Shown here: in pieces, positions 1 through 12,602 of the stretch | How positions within the stretch are numbered: position 1 is the stretch's first letter | Layout: each line of letters begins with the position of its first letter | DNA from: Rhizodiscina lignyota | Taxonomy: Eukaryota | Direction: 5' to 3' | Assembly: GCA_010015805.1 (NCBI GenBank) | Contig: ML978124.1 | Coordinates: forward strand, 2,418,001 to 2,482,000 | DNA: 64,000 nt | The notes under the pieces: generated by a model | Told to the model about the DNA's origin: nothing | Database searches by the model: none | What the model saw: the letters and a program-made list of their open reading frames with translations, nothing else | Made by a program: the position numbers and the translations under genes

Positions 1-377
1 AAGTCGTAAGTCGGATTGGCGCCGAGGATTTCCAGTCCGGCCTGTTCGTCGAAGACGAGGAAGTCTGCATCAGATACAGCACCAGTAGCGAAGGGATTGT
101 TGGCGGTTGAATGATTCGACGCTGGCACCGCGGTCTGATTGTTTTCTGGTGGGACACCAACGATGGTATCACCGTAAGGGATGGGTGTACCGCCAACGGG
201 AACATAGCGGTAGAAGTGGTACGGTAAGACAGCATCGTACTTGTTGATACATAAGACATTTGAAGCCGGAAGGCAGTTAGTTGCCAAGGGTGTTATGACA
301 CCAGGAGGATTAGTCTCCTGGGCCCTTGACGAAGAAGCAAATGCCAAGAATGATAGTGAGATGCTTAAGAAATCCAT
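1..377 (-). CDS. Secreted SMP-30/gluconolactonase (lactonohydrolase)-like protein, 5' part only (runs off the window)
   Basis: Hand translation from ATG 377: MDFLSISLSFLAFASSSRAQETNPPGVITPLATNCLPASNVLCINKYDAVLPYHFYR...DADFLVFDEQAGLEILGANPTYD. It has a signal peptide and an N-terminus resembling fungal secreted lactonases. TATAAA on the minus strand at 461-466. Absent from the ORF track because its stop is outside the window. Confidence 0.65.
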   Translation of the reverse strand, partial: MDFLSISLSFLAFASSSRAQETNPPGVITPLATNCLPASNVLCINKYDAVLPYHFYRYVPVGGTPIPYGDTIVGVPPENNQTAVPASNHSTANNPFATGAVSDADFLVFDEQAGLEILGANPTYD

Positions 378-2893
378 TTTTCTGAGCTTGCCTGAGATTA
401 TACTACCACACTGGCAACGAAATGGACTTGCAAGCCTCCATGATTGGAAGGCAGTCAGCATTTATACCCAGAGGATGTCACTGAGACCATTCCCCGCGGC
501 TATAAACGTGCCATGGACAAAAGATCCTATTGCCGGCGTGGTTCATGGTGCCTGAGCAAGAATTGCAGCCTGTCGTCTAGGGCAATCACTGCCAGCGTGC
601 GCCGGCAATTAGACGGGCGACGAGGAGAAAGCTGAAATTTCTCATCAACTGCTGCAAGACTAGAGCAGTGGAAGTAAGCCTCCGCCCAGCGGATACTTGC
701 AATCTTGCTGAAATTCCCTTGCAATTCCCATCTTGGGTCTGAAATCGGACAGAAAGCCGTGAGAGGTTTGGAGGTTTTGTGACGTCGCGAGAGGGGAACA
801 TCGAAAGTGACTTGCGGGGAACTGCTGTGGGGCAAGGAAGCCCTGATGATCGCCCCCTTGGAGAACAGGCGACAGAAGCGATCAGTCCAGATTTTCATGC
901 GAACAGCCGGAAATCTTCGGGAAGAGGTGAGAATCGAGTTCGGAGATATTGTTAATTACTTTCATTAACTTCCAAAGGGAGAGAGAGAAAAAGAAAGCTT
1001 CGAGGTTGTGGTAATGAAACCTGAACTGCAGAAGGGTGGCCAGACTGCTCCGCAGCGCTACAAGAAGGATCAGACAAAAGTCGCCGAGCAGTTGGAGACT
1101 GTTTCAACTCGACTCTAAATTGCAAAACTCAATATGATAGGTTCTAAGTATCGTCTCTGAGACAGTCAAACGCGCTGAAAGGGTGAGCAAGCTTTGTCAG
1201 AGCAACGACACAATCCGATCCAAAGACTATGAGTAATGGACCATGGGAATGGCACCGAACAGTCTTTTGCGAACGCTTGGACAGAAGTAGACTCAAAAGT
1301 ACAGCATGGAGAATCAAGCGTTGATGATGCCCTGTTCCTCCATCGGATATTACAGTGAGGATCAGTGCTGCAGCGAGGAAACGAAATAAGAAAAGAGAAA
1401 TGTCAAATTTGCCTTTGGCTGAGGGAAAATAAATATTGACTACGGCAATATGGAGGACGGAAGCAATCTTATCTGCCGCGTAACACGTTACAATGAAGAT
1501 AGCTCCGTGGGACCGTGATACATGTTCGATTCAGAGCAGCTGGCGCGGAAGTGCAGCGACTTGCAAAGGCCAAGTTTGTTATGAAAGGGGACTGTATAGC
1601 GCTCGCCTAATTTCGTCCGGCTTTGCCAAGGTCCAAGTCATCAAACGAATTATTACTGTAGCGGCGCCTGCCCGAAAGACCTTAGCTTAGATGCGAATGA
1701 AGATTGCGATGCCGCGGGCCCGTCCATGCTTAGGACGGAGCTGCTTCTGGAAGGGCTCACAGAAGGAAGGCATGATGGTGTGGACAGCGATGATCGTTGA
1801 AGACGAAGGCATCGAGTGCAGACATTGGATTAGCTGGAGATTTGGATGAGCTTGAAGCGGCTGGGAAGGTTCCTGTCGGGCTGTTCGACGCTGGAGGAGG
1901 GCCAGGGTGGAGGGAGAGGACGAGAAGCTCAGACGGTGAGAGGGCAGGAGGCGACGCTCGTGCTTCCTGTTCCTGGCGCTAGCACACACTAGGCCAGCGG
2001 CAGCCTAGTGTATCAGCCTCTTTCTTGGCCAACCTCTGTGGCAGTCCTGGCCGCATCTCCTCCAAAGCGACCACCCGCTGCAACTGGCCTGCGAGTCACG
2101 TTGCTCTGCGGAATTTCGGGAGCGGAAGTGAACAGCGTAGCTTCGAGGGCGTCCGCGGCGACTCCCATGTCCTGCAATGTCATGTTGGATAGGCTGCTGT
2201 GACCGTGGAAGGTTCGTAAGAAGATCCTGGAGAAGCATGCGCTTGTCAATGCGAGGAATCAATACCGACCAGGCCTGGAGTGGATTCAGCGCTCCCTTTC
2301 CGCCGTACTGGGCGGCCAGAGAACGTGGCACAAGCGATGCTCGACTTAAAATAAGCCTGGCGATGCGCGAAAGCGCTGTAATTAATCGGGACGTGATGTT
2401 GATCTGTGTGTTGTGCGGAGCCAATCAGCGGGCGTGAAGCAGTCCGCAATTTGCCAGCCCGCAGAACGGCGCGCCCACTGACTTTGCCGACGCCGTGCGC
2501 TCCTCCTCACTCACTCATCACGCACTTCATCTCTTCTTCGTCGAGAGGCAGCAATTGTCCTTCTCTCCTCACTCTCTTTCACTTACGGCAGCATTGTCTC
2601 CAGTCGCTCGTTAATTCTGTACTTACTCCAGTCATTCATTTGATCGGGCTAGACCCTGATACGCCAGCTTGTTTGTTTTCGACAAAGGAATTGCAGAGCC
2701 TCGCAGCCTCCCTCTCCCCTTTGCCGACCAGCACGTTCACGACGACCGATTTACGACCTCTAAGCACGACCCAGCGAGCTTTAATTCACCATACTGTAAT
2801 TCGACAACTTCCCAATGCAGCCTCGGTAGCATCGAGCACCTCCACTACGCGCTTTGTATTCTGTCTTCGCTCCGGTCCGGCATACAAGGCACA

Positions 2894-5144
2894 ATGAACG
2901 ACCACCTTCACCACCGTCATTCCCTCTTCCACAGGCACACTGCAGGCGCTTCACGACGTGTCAGATCCTTCGAAGAGCATCACCATGACGCTATACCTGT
3001 TCCTAATCGTTCCATCCAGGAGAGAGGCCCGGACCGCGTTCTTGTAGCTCGCAGCTCAAGCTCAAAGACATGCACAGACACCCAGAGTTCAAATACCTGT
3101 GAATTGCCTACAGACACCTCTGGCAACTTGTCAATCATTCTCGGAGTTGTGTATGTGTTTCGAAACATTTCGTTTCGAGCCCCGCTAATTTACTATAGCA
3201 TCCCGGTCGTCATATGTATCATTGGGTGCATCTATCTCCACCGCAGATATCTTCAACGACAGAAACGCGAGGACAATGACAGCAGGCACAAGTCGCTGGA
3301 CTTTGGATTGGAAGTTGCCCGCAAGTTTTCGAAGAGGGGAAAGAAAGGTCAGCAAAAGATTCCTGAAATGAGTGTCACCGACTTCGAAAAGTCCGTTCGG
3401 CATGGACGGGGCCTGTCAATGGACGCGGATATCACTAGCCCGTATATTCTCCCCGCGGCATTGAAAGGGTCGAGAGAGTCTATCCACTCGCTTTCCCGGT
3501 CAATGAATGATGAATATGATCCTTACCGCCCGGTCACCATGGTCTCTGGTGACAATTCTTCGATACGACATCCTCGTGGCCGTGGAGGAGACAATGAATC
3601 GACTATGACAGACTCAAGCCGTGGCACGGATGCATTCACTGCTGGTCTGCTAAAGAATGCCAAGGGAATGTCAGCATCTCCACCTCCTAGAGGCGACTCA
3701 ATGTCACCCAATCGCAACGAGTCGATGTCTCCGTCTCTCAGCGCGGCCACATTCTCCAAGGAGGTGGAAATTCCATCCAACCCCCCTCCGCCGCCTGAAC
3801 CACCAGCGAATGCATACCTAAAGAATACTGTGTACCAGAAAGAAGCTCTGTCTCCACCAACGACCGAACCAGAGCGAGATTCCTACTTCGAGAAGAACGC
3901 CCAGACCTTCCTGAGTGACGACACATATGTTCCTCCCCCGAGATCAGCATCTAGCCGTGCTCCAGCGTTAAATCAGTCTCCGCCGAAGAGTCAGCCTAGC
4001 CTTCCTCAGATCGACGTGCAGGAGCATGACTTTTCCAATACCGACTGGCATCAAGGACAAGATCAGAGTAGAGCACTTCCTCCTCGCGGCCAATCTCTGC
4101 AGGACTCACAAACTCCCCAACAAGAGCCAGTCCCACGGCCTCGGAATCTTGGTGTCGACCAGCCAGACAACAGTAACCACAGGCTGTCTATCAGTGTTCG
4201 CCCACTGCCTCCAGAAGACCCTTCTGAGGATGCTGAGATGCGTGCCAATCGCATTCGGTCATTCTACCGTGAGTACTTTGACGACTCAGGGAAGCATCCG
4301 GTGGAGGAGATGCCTCAGAATCCATACGCACAGCAAGACTATTACGAAGACTACGGCCAGGAATTCCTCAATGATGGTGCCGTCTTCGATCCTGAGACTG
4401 GCCAGTTCGTCGTCGCAAGCAAGCCTTTCTCTGAACCTGTTACTCGTCGCGCAATGACCCCTCCACCCCGAGCTCCTCCGCGATTCAAAGGCGGAGCGAG
4501 AGGTCACAACTCGGGTGGTTCGCTGCACTCAACTGGCACCTTCGCGACCCCACCCCGTGGTCATTCCGCCATGAGCAATCGTGGATTCCAGCCCAAGCCC
4601 AAGCGCCCTCTGGCCCCTCTTCAACCGCTCAAATCGCTGCCTACACCACATTTACTTAAAGATGATACAAACCTCATCTTCTCGGCGGCGGACTTCGCCC
4701 CTCCGGTGTCATATAGGGACAGACAAGCAGGACGTAGACCCGACAGCCCGTTAGGCACTGCAAGACCCTACTCCCCGAGCGTCAAGGCCTTCACCCCGCT
4801 CACAACCAGTTTGGACGATCTCACCGTTATGCCTAGCCCGTAAGTCTTCCTGATCTCCCTCTATCTCAATGTTCAAACTAACTTCTTTGACCAGACATTT
4901 GCTTCGCAAATCTGGCACCTTCACCGCCCTGGATTTCGCCCCTCCAACGAAATTCCGCGACATCGACAGCGGCAGCGACGTCGCCAGCATGCGCTCCGGC
5001 CGCTCTGGCCTCTCGCAAGCCCAGGTCTACAACATCCGCGCCGGCGCGTACCGCGTCAGTCGTATTCCTAAAGAGCTGGCTGGCACGAAGGATGAGCTTA
5101 GCACAAGTTTGAAGCCGACGTGGGATCTGCGTGGTCCCGCATAG
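2894..5144 (+). CDS. Conserved fungal single-pass membrane protein with a long Pro/Ser-rich cytoplasmic tail, function unknown
   Basis: ATG 2894. An in-frame 48-nt intron 3151-3198 (GTATGT..GCTAAT..TAG) splits the TM helix IILGVV|IPVVICIIGCIYL. Intron 4840-4894 joins MPSP|HLLRKSGTFTALDFAPP. Other conserved-looking blocks: RANRIRSFYREYFD, EPVTRRAMTPPPRAPPRF. Confidence 0.8.
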
Positions 5145-6205
5145 CCACTTCAAGTGGAGAGATACTAAAGGGGAGTGAATGTTAATCTTCGTAATGGCGT
5201 GCGCTGTGTTGTACATCTGCGGCGGCGCGGAACGCTCGTTATACAAACACTCGAGCTGTGTGGCTCGATTTTGCATTTGCACCCGTTCTATAGCACTAGA
5301 CCTTTTTTGCTTGTTGTTTTTCGGTATTTGCGAAGCATGGCATGGTGAGCGCCGCTACGTACAGATGAGGCGTTGGCTCATATTTTCTCTTTTTCCCTTT
5401 TCTGCGACTGCTTCAGTTTGAGCGCCGCTTTAGTGCTGTCAATGGGGACGCTAGCTTTCTAAGTTCGAGCTTCGACTGGCGGGTAATAGAACGAGGAGGT
5501 TCTCGCTAGTGGTAGGGTCGGTATGGCTGAAGGGTTGCTGAGTGTGGGGGAATGGGGAAGAATGTATATACTAGTGGATGGGGTGTGAGGCAGATGAGAA
5601 AGCGTACTCGAGTAATAGACGGCACAGAAATGAAAAAGAAAATCTTATGAGATGCAGATGCTATTGCAATGTACGTACTCCGTATATACCAGCAGAGATT
5701 TCCATGAAGTGCCTGACTGGTAAAAGCAGCCTTTTTGTCAAATCTAAAGATGTACCGAGAGGCACCTGTATTCTGGGTAGTAGGTACCTAAGCTCAGCAC
5801 CTTAAGCCCTACAAAACGGGGGTCATCGGTTGCAGAAGACGGGCCGTGAAACGATTAACTTTGTATTTATGTTCTACTCCGTGCTGGGTTTTCGTCTCGA
5901 AATGCCCACGTACGACGTATCCTTCAGGTCGTATATATCGCTGCTTGTGTTTGATGTTAAGCACATACTTGTAATGAGAGGCTATGTAAGGCACTGGAGT
6001 TTCGAAGCTGCAGATTCAACTACCAATCAACTTGACCTGGTTCATTACAGGATTTACTAGCTTCATCCTCTTTTGCAGCTTACTTCTTCAAAGTACATGT
6101 GCATCAAATAGAACCTTGCTAGTGATGCAGTGTTCCTTCCAATATCTTGGGATATTTACTTGCATTTATGACATACTCCCCACAAATCTACAATCGAACA
6201 ATCAA

Positions 6206-7390
6206 CTAGCTCTGCATAGGACATATCGTTCTGTGATGACCTCTACTATCGCAAGCCGTACAAAGCAGATCCTTTTCGCCGTGGGCAAAGGGGCAATTCG
6301 GTCCATGCATGCAGCGCTCCCTCGGGCAGAGTTCGTGCTTCTTGGGTATCTTACGTCCAAACGTTTCGAAGCGCTCCTGCTCCTCCCTAGTGCGACCGTG
6401 TTTGCAATCGATACCATCGCGACAGTAAAAGCCCCAGTAGCAGTGCCGTCGCCACTTCCGCTCGCCCTTCTGAAATATTTTCTTTTGCTGCTCTGAGCGA
6501 TGATTTACCTGAGTGAAACCATCTGTGGTGTCGGTAACCTCGTCGTGGTTATCGCCCAAAATCCCATCTCCGTTGCTTTTCCGACTTCTGTCCCCGGTGC
6601 CCGGAAGCTCTGGGTCTGGCAGCTCTGCGAATCTGTTGGAGATCGCCAGTTCATCTGTACGAGAATCCCAGAAAAAGTGTTGGCGATATTGGAAGTAGGT
6701 CGTCGCGTTAAGACCAGAAGCCGCAGACTTTGCTTTAGAGTCTTGGAACAAGTCGACTAAATCGGAATGGGCCATACGCCAGACAAACGAAGGGATAATA
6801 ACGAGATCCTTGCTGAACGCATTCTCGCGCTGTGTAGGGCATTCATACGTATGAACTGGAATATTCAGGCCGGATATGAAGGATTTGACTTCATCGACCT
6901 TAGACAGCGGGTCGAGGATGACGATGCTATGTGGACTAATGGTGTTTCGGTCCACACGGAACGTAGTCTCTCGGATGCCGATTTCTTCGAGATAATAGTC
7001 AAGAAGGTATATCTAAAGAAGTTCGTCTTGGTTCCGTCGGTATACTTGACCCAAAGAACTCTCCCATGCCCACACGTGCACCGGAAACCCGTCCTTGACG
7101 ATTTCTGATACCGCTGAATAGAGATCTCCGTCGCCCGAGACAAATATGAACTCGCTTTGAAGGCCAGCAGTACTATCTCTTTAAGCCTGTTTTCCGGACT
7201 GAACGCCCATTGTCATGTCAACTTGCTTTTCACGTCCGGTCCATGTGCTTCGAGCAAATGTGCTCACTTCCACGTCACAGGACTCGATCGCTTTCCAGAC
7301 AGTGTCCACAGGAGGTGGTGTCGACCCATACAAATGGATTTTGCCCGCTCTTCGGCTCGAGGCGCCGGAGCTAGGTGAAGCGGCGGCCAT
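6206..7390 (-). pseudogene. NYN (PIN-like) RNase domain + two CCCH fingers + CCHC knuckle, interrupted by two in-frame stops
   Basis: One frame from ATG 7390: LYGSTPPPVDTVWKAIE..GREKQVD..QA*(TAA 7181-7183)RD..FIFVSGDGDL..GFPVHVWAW..DELL*(TAG 7013-7015)IYLLD..., continuing into ORF 6206-6955 with CYWGFYCRDGIDCKHG, CPRERCMHGPNCPFAH and CTACDSRGHHRTIC. Confidence 0.75.
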
Positions 7391-8678
7391 TTCAGGTGCA
7401 CTTTGGCCAGAGAGGCCAAAGAAGCCAAAGAAGGTTGAAGGGGCTGAAAGAAGAGTGGTAGAAAGGATAACCAGTGGTAAAGCGAACTGTTCTTAGCTAT
7501 TTTCACTCCTAACTATAGGCCAGATAGGGCCAACCTGACTTTATTCTTAAAGGCAGACGCAAGCGCCCATGTAGGCCACATGCAGAGGTGCAGTGGCATA
7601 TCTGCACCTGAAGCCAATCAAGAAGTAAAGTACAAACCTGAAGCCCTCAAGGCCTCAAAACTGCCGAAGAGAAGAAAAAGTAATAAAATAGGAAAGAGAA
7701 GGCGCAACGGAAATAGAATTAAACGGAAATATGCGCTTGAGCTGCATTCACACCCACCCTTAGGATTGGACTCCTTAGACCCAAGGACAGTGCCCACCGA
7801 TTCTAGGTGGTTCGCACCTACGCTTAAGTAGCAATGCCCCCAAAATCGGTCCATCTTCGGGATTCGGTGTGGTACGAGATCTCCCACGCTTACGTTGGGC
7901 TTTTAGCTCCGCGTTCCACCTTACTTCTTTCTAAGAGATATACGCAACATTAACAGGCAGTCTTAATATGAGATAGTGCATGTCCTAGTCCTTTATCATA
8001 CTGACTTGACTCTCATGAGTAGAATCAAGACTTGTCCAGCCCGGGACATCCGGCCTTCTAGTCCTGCAGCCGGTTCAGCCCTCTGGTTCAAATTATTTTT
8101 TTTGTCTCTGCCTGCTCCTCTCAATCACTTGGATGGATTTCATTCTTGTCTCTCGGACTCTACTCTATCCAGCCGCTCTCAATATTCACCATCCAGATCA
8201 GGTTCTTGTCTCCGCGAAAGCAAGCCAATCAGGCATGACATGTACTTTCAAAAATGAGGCTGATGCCTAGGGCATTCAGTTTAAGGCAAACATGCAGCTG
8301 CTGGAAAATCTTAATGGCTAACAGCGGAGCCATGTACCTTTAATATTCTCCCATTGGAGAGTTTTGAGGGGTTGTTGTTCATGGTTTGAGACTGCCAGGG
8401 CTGAATCTATTGGGCGTTACGAGTTCATGGGAATCAACATCCTGGCAGCCCGGTGGCAGAGCAACAGTCCGCATGCAGGTAGCGGTTGCCTTGTTGATCA
8501 CGGAACTGCGCGAGACTAACTTAGGCGCCTACAGGAATACACCCTCTATTCGACGCTGCCGGGACATCATTCTGTTTATTCTACCGTCCAGCCAATGTGC
8601 AGCTTAACCAGAGAAGCTCAATTCAGTTGGGAAAAGATCGATTGATGGGCTAGATATCCTGCTAGGATACCAGCTGTG

Positions 8679-11378
8679 ATGTCCGGGTACAGGTTTACCT
8701 ATTCGTGGCAGAACAATAGCCCGCCTGTCAATCGGCCTCTTACTCCACCAGACCTTACCGAATGGGCACCAGACCCTCGGTTGCAGAAAATTGGTCTTGC
8801 AAACAAGCCAGCAGCTGAATTTGATAACTTCTATACACCTCAGAATCAATCCTTCTACTCAAAGTCCCCATATCTGCCCTTAGATCCAAAGCGGCGCGAA
8901 ATCCGGCTTGTCAAAGTTCTTGGACGAAAGCCTTGGGCCGAGTACGTTACAGCAAATCCTCAACGGGTGCAGAATGGTCTAAATGGAAAGTTCGCGAGAC
9001 CTCAAGAGCGGCGACTCCCTAGCAAAAAGGAGCTGTCTAATCCCTCGTCGTCCCTGCTAATGGCATCCAATCCATCGCCAATGACATGCGAATTGGTCGA
9101 CAAAGTTGCGCTTTCAAGAATCGATGGGCACTACTGCACCTTGTCGTATAATGCGGGGAAGCCAACGGATACAAAGACAATGATTGTGGACGGCATAGTA
9201 TTCAATGCGTTCGCAAATCTCGAGCACGCGATCGGATGTGCCTTCGAGAGTTGGTCATCAAGGAACCCCGGCAGGGAGCTGCTGCTATGGGTTGATCAAA
9301 TTTGCATCAATCAGGTGGACCAACTCGAACGAGGAAGCCAAGTTGCAATGATGAGAGATATATATCGCAGGAGCAATGAGACCTTCATCTGCTTATCCAC
9401 TCCCGGAGCAGAACACTGCTTATCATGGGTTCCTCGTGTCCCACGAAGGGTATCCAGTGGCCGGCCTTCCACACAGAGCATCGGGCCGCGAGAAGAATGG
9501 CCTGCCGTATCGGCTCTCAAAATGTGTCTTCGACGGTTACTTGTCGGACCAGATGCGTCTATCTCTCCTCCAATAGCCCAGCGTAGGCTTCAAGATACTT
9601 CGCATCGTCGGGATACCTCGCGTCATCGGGATACATCTAATCATGAAAATGCAGCACGCCGTCGAGCTACATCGAAGCATCGATATTCATCCTCTTCCTC
9701 CGTGTCAAGTCCAGAACCGAGCCCCCCACCTGTAGATAAAAATCTCCGGCGACATAACAAAACTCAGCCTACGAAGCCTGTAGCAACAGAGCATTCCGAC
9801 TTGTTGGCGCCTAAAAATGGCGTTGGAAAAACGAAATCTGCGGTAGATGAATGGGTGGCTGGGTCACCACGACCTCAGGGAGTAGCTGTACGTGTAAAAG
9901 TTGCGCCAATGCGACCGAACACTGTATCAGCGGAACAAGAGACTTCATTATCACGACCAGAGACTGTATCACTGCATGGAAATACCGCAATATCAAACGA
10001 AGTAACCGCCGATCGATTGTTGACTGGCCTAGAAGCCTTCACTACGAGCCAGTGGTGGGGTCGGTCATGGGTCTATCAAGAATTTATAGCATCTCCTCGG
10101 CCTCATTTTCTCTCAGGCTCCACTTCAATTCCTTGGACAGAGCTGGCACCTACTTTGGAGTTTATCTGCGGCGGCCTCGATGCATTTATTGACCCAATGC
10201 TTTCGGAAGCCATTACCAGCGCTTCGCAAGAGGACAAGCAAAAGAACAAAGATGCTCAAGAGGAATATCAGAGAAGCTTACGTGAATACGAAGAAAAGAT
10301 GAACATATATCAGCAGCAGAGCCTTCTGGAGTTGCGAAAGTGGTGGCAAGCGCGCCAGATTTCATCCCTATTAACATACGGGACTGGAAGCTTCAAAGAG
10401 GCGAAGCGTGAATGGGAAAATGATGTGCGAAACGGATCTGGCGAAGGTAGAATACTGACCAGGGGATTCAAGCCAAGCTGTTCGCGACCCAAGCCCCCAG
10501 TTCAGCAGCCATTGGCCGTAGCAGGAAAGCAGCGGGCCCAACACTTGTCTTCCCTTCAAAATCGGTTCCGAGCACTGAGTACATCGACAATCTCTTCGAT
10601 GGTGGAAGGCAAGGTGAACCTGCGAAGGTCTTCGGACCTAAAGACCATTCTACAGCATTCCAGACATTGCAAGGCATCAGACCCCCGAGACAGAGTTTAC
10701 GCATTCATCGGTTTGGCGGACAAAGAGTACGCAATTATCCCCGACTATTCCACGAGCAATACCGTAGTCCAGGTCCTAATCAATACCGCGCGGCGAATCA
10801 TTGAGCACGAAAAGAAACTTAGTATCCTCAAGCACGTGTGCCACGGCCGTGAAAAACTGGGCTGGTTGCTTCCTTCGTGGGTGCCTGATTGGACCAGCAC
10901 GGAGGTCGACCGAAGAATCAAAGACTCCGACTTGGTCTGGAGTGGCGGACAGAGGGAGAGATCGTTTGATGCGTCAAAGGGCCTGGTCACTCGGCCTGAG
11001 TTCCGGAAAGACGAAACGAACGAGTCCAACATGGATTTGAAAACCAAAGGTGTTTTTTTCGACTTTCTTGACGAGTATTACGAGGCCGACGAACCGGACG
11101 GGGCTGAGGATGCCTTTCCACATTTTCAATCTTTCTTGACCCAGAGCAGTCGGCGAGTTATTGCCCCCAAATCTGCTCTTTTGGACGATGAGGTCTGGGT
11201 TCTCCACGGTGCGTCAAAGCCTGTGCTTCTACGGCCGGAGGGTGATGATACGTATGGCTTTCTCGGTGAGATTTTGGTTTGTGAACGGAACGGCACTTTT
11301 TCGGATGTAATGTTCGGCAAGATGATTGAACTGGCAGAGCAAGGGAATGCGGAGACGAAGGATATCTGGATTGTGTGA
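8679..11378 (+). CDS. HET-domain (heterokaryon incompatibility, HET-6-like) protein
   Basis: HET motifs YCTLSYNAG, LWVDQICINQVDQLERGSQVAMMRDIYRRS and WWGRSWVYQE, plus the HET-6-type C-terminal blocks ASDPRDRVYAFIGL, LPSWVPDW and DEVWVLHGASKPVLLRP. First ATG is at 8679. Confidence 0.9.
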   Translation: MSGYRFTYSWQNNSPPVNRPLTPPDLTEWAPDPRLQKIGLANKPAAEFDNFYTPQNQSFYSKSPYLPLDPKRREIRLVKVLGRKPWAEYVTANPQRVQNGLNGKFARPQERRLPSKKELSNPSSSLLMASNPSPMTCELVDKVALSRIDGHYCTLSYNAGKPTDTKTMIVDGIVFNAFANLEHAIGCAFESWSSRNPGRELLLWVDQICINQVDQLERGSQVAMMRDIYRRSNETFICLSTPGAEHCLSWVPRVPRRVSSGRPSTQSIGPREEWPAVSALKMCLRRLLVGPDASISPPIAQRRLQDTSHRRDTSRHRDTSNHENAARRRATSKHRYSSSSSVSSPEPSPPPVDKNLRRHNKTQPTKPVATEHSDLLAPKNGVGKTKSAVDEWVAGSPRPQGVAVRVKVAPMRPNTVSAEQETSLSRPETVSLHGNTAISNEVTADRLLTGLEAFTTSQWWGRSWVYQEFIASPRPHFLSGSTSIPWTELAPTLEFICGGLDAFIDPMLSEAITSASQEDKQKNKDAQEEYQRSLREYEEKMNIYQQQSLLELRKWWQARQISSLLTYGTGSFKEAKREWENDVRNGSGEGRILTRGFKPSCSRPKPPVQQPLAVAGKQRAQHLSSLQNRFRALSTSTISSMVEGKVNLRRSSDLKTILQHSRHCKASDPRDRVYAFIGLADKEYAIIPDYSTSNTVVQVLINTARRIIEHEKKLSILKHVCHGREKLGWLLPSWVPDWTSTEVDRRIKDSDLVWSGGQRERSFDASKGLVTRPEFRKDETNESNMDLKTKGVFFDFLDEYYEADEPDGAEDAFPHFQSFLTQSSRRVIAPKSALLDDEVWVLHGASKPVLLRPEGDDTYGFLGEILVCERNGTFSDVMFGKMIELAEQGNAETKDIWIV

Positions 11379-11543
11379 TACTCTGGGTCATGATAAATAC
11401 TCCGAATTGAAATTCAGCAATGCTTCCGTCTTACAATTCACAATCTCATTAAATACATCGCAAAAGTAAGATCTCTCGCTTTTGACAAACAGCGTGTTCT
11501 TAGCCAGTCTTGCGTGGAATTACGAGACATAGTTGTGTCAGCT

Positions 11544-12602
11544 TCATGCGCCAACTTCTTGCAGGCTCTTGACAGTGTCAATGATGCACTGCTTCAAGGG
11601 TCGGTATTCAATGCCCAGAATGTTCCTGGTCTGGCTGTTGTCAAATCCATAGATGTCCCTTCGCAAGTCGGATTCGTAGTTGTTTGGCAGCTTCGTTGCG
11701 AGCTGTGGATACCCTTCCTTGATGGCGTCCGCGATAGCCGTATTGTCAACGTATCCCGCAGCACAGAAGAATCGCTTGCCGGCGGCCGCGGGGATCTCCA
11801 TGGCCTTGACGTGCGCCAGAGCAACGTCGCGCACATCGGCCCAGAGGAAATATCCAGTCGGAGCAAGGCCGTCCTTCATCTTTCCCAGTATCATGTCTCT
11901 GAGTCTCTCGTTCGACGTGTTCAGTGAGTCGAGCGAGTTCAGATAATGTACTGTTGGTCCCAGAACCAGAGTCGGCAGGATTGTGGCCACTTGGAAGTTG
12001 GGCCTCTCATTCTCCACAAACTCCCACGCAGCTTTCTCGGCATATGTCTTGCCGACCCGATAGGCGATGTTAGCACTCTCCTGAGCTTGCTCGAATCTGA
12101 CAGGATTCCAGCACGTCTCGTCGTAGATCTTCGGGGGGTTGAGGGCGTTGACCATTGCTGCAAAAGATGAGGTAATGACGACAATCTTGACAGTTGGTGC
12201 AGATGCCTTGATAGCCTTCAGAATTCCTGTCGTCCCAATAATTGCTGGCTCGATCAGGTCCTTCTTGAAGTCTGTGGGATGAAAGTGGAAGGGGCTTGCA
12301 GTATGCAGGACTGCTTCGAAGGGCAGATCCGACTTGACAGCATCCTTAAATGCATCTTCCTTCGCGATATCCTCAACTATGACATAGGAGACCCTGGATT
12401 TGGCATGATCGGGATGGCTGGACAGCATCTTCTTTCCTTTCTCATGTGATCTCACGGTGACGACAACATCGTGTCTGGTATTGTCAGTTTCCTAAATCTG
12501 ACGTCCGATAAAAACGAGTTCCGTTTCTTACCCATGCTGGAGAAGATAATCGAGACAGTGTGCAGCAATAAGACCGCTGCCGCCAGTCAGGAGGACCTTC
12601 AT
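11544..12602 (-). CDS. NAD(P)-dependent epimerase/dehydratase-family ketoreductase (Gre2/DFR-like)
   Basis: Exon 1 MKVLLTGGSGLIAAH (Rossmann motif), intron 12475-12531, then HTASPF, TSSFAA and the catalytic YRVGK (YxxxK) motif. Confidence 0.92.

Noticed and set aside
1687..2449. Cluster of short overlapping ORFs upstream of the membrane-protein gene
   Set aside because: No recognisable motif or consistent splice model; likely GC-rich non-coding or antisense sequence.
2669..2893. N-terminal extension of the 724-aa ORF from a TTG start
   Set aside because: Non-ATG start; the ATG at 2894 in a good context (ACAATG) is the more likely start.
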